This document shows, piece by piece, positions 59,145 through 64,000 of a stretch of DNA of 64,000 nucleotides; position 1 is the first letter of the stretch, and every line of letters starts with the position of its first letter. A model generated the notes under the pieces. The model ran no database searches and was not told where the DNA came from. It saw only the letters and a program-made list of their open reading frames with translations. Origin of the DNA: Phyllobates terribilis (lineage: Eukaryota); NCBI RefSeq assembly GCF_046119375.1, contig NW_027362943.1, positions 806,001 through 870,000 on the forward strand, read 5' to 3'. The position numbers and the translations under genes were made by a program.

Positions 59145-62100
59145 CATCTCTGCTGCTGTCAGTCTCAATTATCTGCGGGGAGAATCGTTATTTCGAACTA
59201 GCCCAACTTGACTCTGGAGCGGCCGGGAATCTTATTTCACAGGCCCTGGTAGAAAAATACCGCATTCCCACCAAACCTCTGGCTATACCATTATCTGTCG
59301 CTGCTGTGGATGGGGGCCTCTTACCACGTCCCATCCAACTCATCACCGAATCCATAACTCTGCAGGTGGGAATGCTGCATTCTGAGAGCATCTCTTTTCA
59401 TGTTCTGCCTGGACTCTCTCACGCCCTCTTACTAGGTCTACCTTGGCTCCAGAGACATGCACCCGTGCTTGACTGGCAGACCGGAGAAGTCCTTCGCTGG
59501 GGACAGGACTGTCATAAGACTTGTTTGGTTCCTGTTCATCCCGCCCGTCCTTCTCCTACCCCAACTAATCTACCTGGACTTCCGATTCCCTATTGGTCAT
59601 TTGCTGATGTCTTTAATAAAAAGGAGGCAGAGACATTACCCCCTCATAGACCATACGACTGTCCTATCGACCTGTTACCCGGTACTACGCCTCCCCGTGG
59701 GCGTATTTACCCATTGTCCGCTGCTGAGACCCGGTCGATGTCCGAATATATTGAGGAGAATTTGGCCAGGGGATTCATCCGGAAATCTACCTCCCCGGCG
59801 GGAGCAGGCTTCTTTTTCGTAAAAAAGAAGGACGGCTCTCTCCGTCCCTGTATAGACTATAGAGGCCTTAACCAGATCACGGTGAAGAATAAGTACCGCC
59901 TTCCGCTCATTCCAGAATTATTTGATCGTCTGAGGGGGGCTAGAATCTTCACCAAACTGGACCTCCGTGGGGCGTACAACCTGGTCCGTATCCGTCAAGG
60001 GGATGAATGGAAGACTGCATTCAACACCCGGGACGGCCACTATGAATATCTGGTAATGCCCTTTGGTCTCTGTAACACTCCCGCCGTCTTTCAAGGGTTA
60101 GTCAATGACATCTTCCGGGACCTTCTCTACTCCTGCGTAGTGGTGTACCTGGACGACATCTTGGTCTTCTCTCCGGATCTCCAGACTCACCGGAGACACG
60201 TTCGTCAGGTCCTGCTCAGGCTCAGGCAGAATCACCTCTTCGCTAAAAATGAGAAGTGCCTCTTTGAGCAGACCTCGCTTCCATTTTTGGGCTACATTAT
60301 TTCTCAGACCGGCCTACGAATGGATCCAGAGAAACTGTCTGCCATCGAGAAATGGCCCCGACCGGAGGGGTTGAAGGCCATTCAGCGGTTCCTGGGCTTC
60401 GCCAACTACTACCGCCTCTTCATACCGCACTTCTCTTCCCGGACTGCCCCAATTTCCGTGCTCACCCGTAAGGGCACTAATCCCAGAGACTGGCCGCCCG
60501 AAGCAGAGGAGGCCTTTCTTTCCTTAAAACAGGCCTTTTCTTCCGCCCCGGTGCTGCATCGCCCAGATGGCAACAAGCAGTTCTTCCTGGAGGTTGACGC
60601 CTCCTCCTCTGGAGCCGGAGCGGTACTTACCCAAAAATCATCTTCCGGGAGAATGGTAACTTGTGGCTTCTTCTCCAAACTCTTCTCCTCTTCTGAGCGC
60701 AACTATTCCATAGGAGATCGAGAGTTATTGGCCATCAAGCGGGCATTGGAGGAGTGGCGTTACCTGCTCGAAGGGGCTCTTCACCCGGTAATAATTTACA
60801 CTGACCACAAGAACTTGGCTTACCTCCAGCATGCCCAGAGACTTAACCCGCGCCAAGCTCGGTGGTCCTTGTTTTTTGCTCGCTTTGATTTTATTCTTTT
60901 CGCCCGGCTGACAAAAACATCAAGGCGGACGCCTTGTCCCGATCCTTTCTGGTGTCTGATCTCGAGGAAGAACCGAAACACATCATCGATCCCGCCAGAG
61001 TAATGCAGGTGGCTCCCGTGAGTCTAAATCGTCTCCCTCCCGGTAAGACGTTCGTATCAGTACCTGATCGGGAGAAGATCCTACACTGGGGTCACTCGTC
61101 TAAACTAGCTGGCCACGCCGGTCAGAAAAAGACCCTCCAGCTTATTACCCGGCACTACTGGTGGCCTACCCTGCACAAGGACGTAATAGACTTTGTTTCT
61201 GCCTGTGTGTCCTGCGCCCGCAACAAGGTTCCGAGACATCTGCCAGCCGGTCGCCTCCTTCCGCTCCCAGTACCTGCTGCCCCCTGGCAGCATATAGCAA
61301 TGGACTTCATAACTGATCTCCCCGTCTCTGCCGGTTGTACGGTCATTTGGGTGGTCGCTGACCGCTTTTCCAAGATGGCTCATTTCGTTCCCCTTCCAGG
61401 CCTCCCGTCTGCACCCGAGCTGGCTAAGGACTTTATCCGCCACATCTTCCGTCTTCATGGCCTGCCCCTCCACATCGTGTCGGATCGTGGGGTACAGTTC
61501 ACCTCACGCTTCTGGAGAGCCACTTGTAAACTGCTAGACGTCACCCTGGACTTCTCCTCCGCTTACCACCCACAGTCTAATGGTCAAGTGGAGCGGATCA
61601 ATCAGAACCTGACCAGTTACCTCCGGCACTTCGTTAATGCCCACCATTCAGACTGGGTGGATCTCCTGCCATGGGCCGAATTTTCTTACAACAATCACGA
61701 GAGCGAATCTTCCTCCAAATCCCCGTTTTTTGTTGTCTTCGGTCAGCATCCTCGGATCCCATTTCCCGTCTCCACCTCGGTGGACAATCCGGCTGCGGAA
61801 TCTCTTGTTAACAAATTTTCCTCCATATGGGAGAGTACCCGATCCGCACTCCTTCTGTCATCCGAGCGTATGAAAAGACATGCTGACAAAAAATGTCTGG
61901 ATCCTCCTCAATTCCGTCCAGGGGATAAGGTCTGGCTCTCGTCCAAGTATGTCCGGCTCAAGATTCCTTCCTATAAGTTAGGGCCTCGGTTCATCGGTCC
62001 TCTGGAGGTCATCAGTCAGATCAACCCGGTGGCCTATAAATTGAAACTCCCGGCCAACTTGCGGATCCCTAACTCCTTCCATGTATCTCTCCTCAAACCT

Positions 62101-62508
62101 GTGGTACTTAACTCTTTTTCCAAGTCTACAGGTACGCCTCCTGCTCCGGTTTCCGCTGAAAACGAATTTGAGGTAGAGAACATTCTGGCCACCAATAGGG
62201 TAAGAGGGAAGACCTTTTTTCTAGTAGATTGGAAGGGGTTTGGTCCTGAAGAGAGAACGTGGGAGCCCCGGGAGAACATCCATGCCCCTCTCATCCTAGC
62301 TAAATTTCTCTCTGGCCTAAAAAAGGGGGGGCCTAAAGGGGGGGGGGGTACTGTAGCGCCGGCGTCCCTGCCCTCTGCTAGGCAGGGACGCTGTTCCCCT
62401 CACCCCTCTGCTCCGAGCTCGGCGTCCTCCTCCCGCTCTGCTGGCAGCGCGCGCTCCTTCCCGGCCACCGTGCTTAGGGCGCGCGCGCGCGCGCTCCCCC
62501 CCTCTTAA
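59087..62508 (+). pseudogene. Pol (PR LDSGA, RT YLDD, RNase H, integrase, chromodomain) with one frameshift near 60900
   Basis: Joining the frames restores F(x)FRPADKNIKADALSR; integrase HHCC, DDE and GPRFIGP; chromodomain EFEVENIL..FLVDWKGFGPEERTWEP. Confidence 0.92.
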
Positions 62509-63323
62509 AGGGGCCGCGCGCGCCGTCCTAAGGAGTCCCCGGCCAATGGCCGGAGGACTTCACCATATATAAGGCACCTCCTCCAAAATGGAGGTGCCCG
62601 AGCAATGTTGTTGCACTGTTCACTACTCTGCTTCAGCCCTCAGGTCCCGTTGCCAGTTACCTGCCAGAAACCTGCCAGTTTGCTGTCTGTTTCCTGCCTG
62701 ACTTTCCTCCTACCTGCTTGCTAGCCTGAGGTCCGACGGTCTGCCTTCCTACTCCTGTCAGTCTGTCTATGGACCAGCTTGCCCGCTCACCTGGGAGCGC
62801 ACATCTGCTACCTGCCTGCTAGCCTACCTGGAGGCTCCGCCGTCACGTGCTGTGACCACCTGCCATTCCAGAGACTCCTGCCCGCTCACCTGGGAGCGCT
62901 CATCTGCTGCCTGTCTGTTGGCCTACCTGGAGGCTCCGCCGTCACATGCTGTGACCACCCGTTTATCCAGAGACTCTCGCTTGCTCACCTGGGAGCACAC
63001 ATCTACCATCTGCCTGCTAGCCTACCTGGAGGCTCAGCCATCACAGGTCGTACCTACCCTTTACCCAGAGACTGCCCCGGTCACTTGCCGTGACCTCCTG
63101 CCCGTTCATCCAGAGACTGCCCCGGTCACTTGCCGTGACCTCCTGCCCGTTCATCCAGAGACTACCCCGGTCACTTGCCGTGACCTCCAGCCCGTTCACC
63201 CAGAGACTGTCCCGGTCACCTGCTGTGACTGCCTGCCCGTCTTTCCTGGTCGCCACCCGCTCCCTTATAAGGACCGCCCCCTTGTATAGTAGCTCAGAGG
63301 TTCCGCCTCCCAGACCCGTTACA
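62352..63323 (+). repeat. 3' LTR (972 bp)
   Basis: About 10 substitutions versus the 5' LTR by eye, plus one fewer approx. 96-bp unit. Confidence 0.95.
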
Positions 63324-64000
63324 ACTGGATGTTGGTCCCCATCTATTTCCTGGGAAAACATGGCTCCCAAACTGACCTCGGAGATGTCAGTCTAAACCAC
63401 AAACTCCTTACTGAAGTCAGGTGCTACTAAGACAGGCTGCTTACATAGGGCGAGCTTCAACTCCTGGAATGCCATCTCCACTTAAGGGGACCACTTGGCC
63501 ATTGATGTCTTCATGACCTTAAGAGATCAGTAATGGGGGCGGCTATCATGGTGAAATTTGGGATAAATCGCCAATAATATCCCACAATTCCCAGAAACGC
63601 ACAAACGTGCTTCTTGGAGTTCAGTTGCGGGCAGTTTTGGATAGCCTCCACCTTCTTTACTTGCGGCTTTATTTCGTCCCTTCCAACAACGTAGCCCAAG
63701 TATTTTGCTTCTTCCTTCCCGATGGCTCACTTCTTTGGGTTTCTCGTAAACTCTGCTTTCCTTAGCGCATCCAGTACCGTCTGGACCTTCTCTAATTAAC
63801 TTCCCCAGTCCGGGCTGAAGATTACGATGTCATCCAGGTAAGCTGCAGTGTACTTCTTATGAGAAACTAGGATCCGGTCCATGGCCCTCTGGAAGGTAGC
63901 TGGGGCTCCCTGCAGACCGAATGGCATCCTGGTGTACTGAAAGCACCCGTAATGAGTAGAGAAGGCCGTTTTCTCCTTGGCACTTGGGGACAAGAGAATC
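63324..64000 (-). mobile_element. Older Gypsy (probable Gmr1-like): RT to RNase H N-terminus; continues beyond the window
   Basis: KEKTAF..MPFGLQGAPATFQR..AYLDDIVIFS; FLGIVGYY; TDISEVSLGAMFSQEIDGDQHPV joins the 57086 side in frame once the TSD is removed. Confidence 0.88.

Larger units (their letters stand above)
57087..63323 (+). mobile_element. Young full-length Ty3/Gypsy chromovirus (Tf1/sushi-like)
   Basis: LTRs 57087-58138 and 62352-63323 (TGTAGC..GTTACA); 5-bp TSD ACTGG; gag-PR-RT-RH-IN-chromodomain; PPT at about 62319-62351. Confidence 0.96.

Overview
Vertebrate genomic DNA, most likely anuran (frog); the organism is inferred from the zinc-finger gene architecture and the TE families. 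There are two host genes: convergent, inverted paralogous six-exon KRAB-like C2H2 zinc-finger genes (gene 1, + strand, 3962-14274, 7 intact fingers; gene 2, - strand, 41321-33903, 11 intact fingers). Almost everything else is nested mobile DNA. (1) An apparently intact Neptune-type Penelope-like retroelement (RT + GIY-YIG) with identical 167-bp terminal repeats, a minimal hammerhead ribozyme and a 12-13 bp TSD. It sits exactly at the junction of two abutting Tc1 elements, which themselves sit in the ORF1-ORF2 spacer of an old L1. (2) A small inverted-repeat element carrying a second, degenerate hammerhead, in a ZNF intron. (3) A young chromodomain Ty3/Gypsy with no tRNA PBS but a self-priming complement, a PEG10-type -1 frameshift site and a single pol frameshift. 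It is inserted into a probable Gmr1-order Gypsy. (4) Tc1/mariner elements with DD34E, DD38E and inferred DD37E spacing. (5) A 6.2-kb hAT with 8-bp TSD that expands one ZNF intron, plus hAT, T2 and piggyBac-like MITEs and L1/Tx1/L2/Chapaev relics. I could not show that any single component belongs to a wholly new class. The best candidates for novelty are the ribozyme-bearing Penelope-like pair, its target site, and the self-priming chromovirus. All coordinates and counts were read by eye; no searches or alignments were run.
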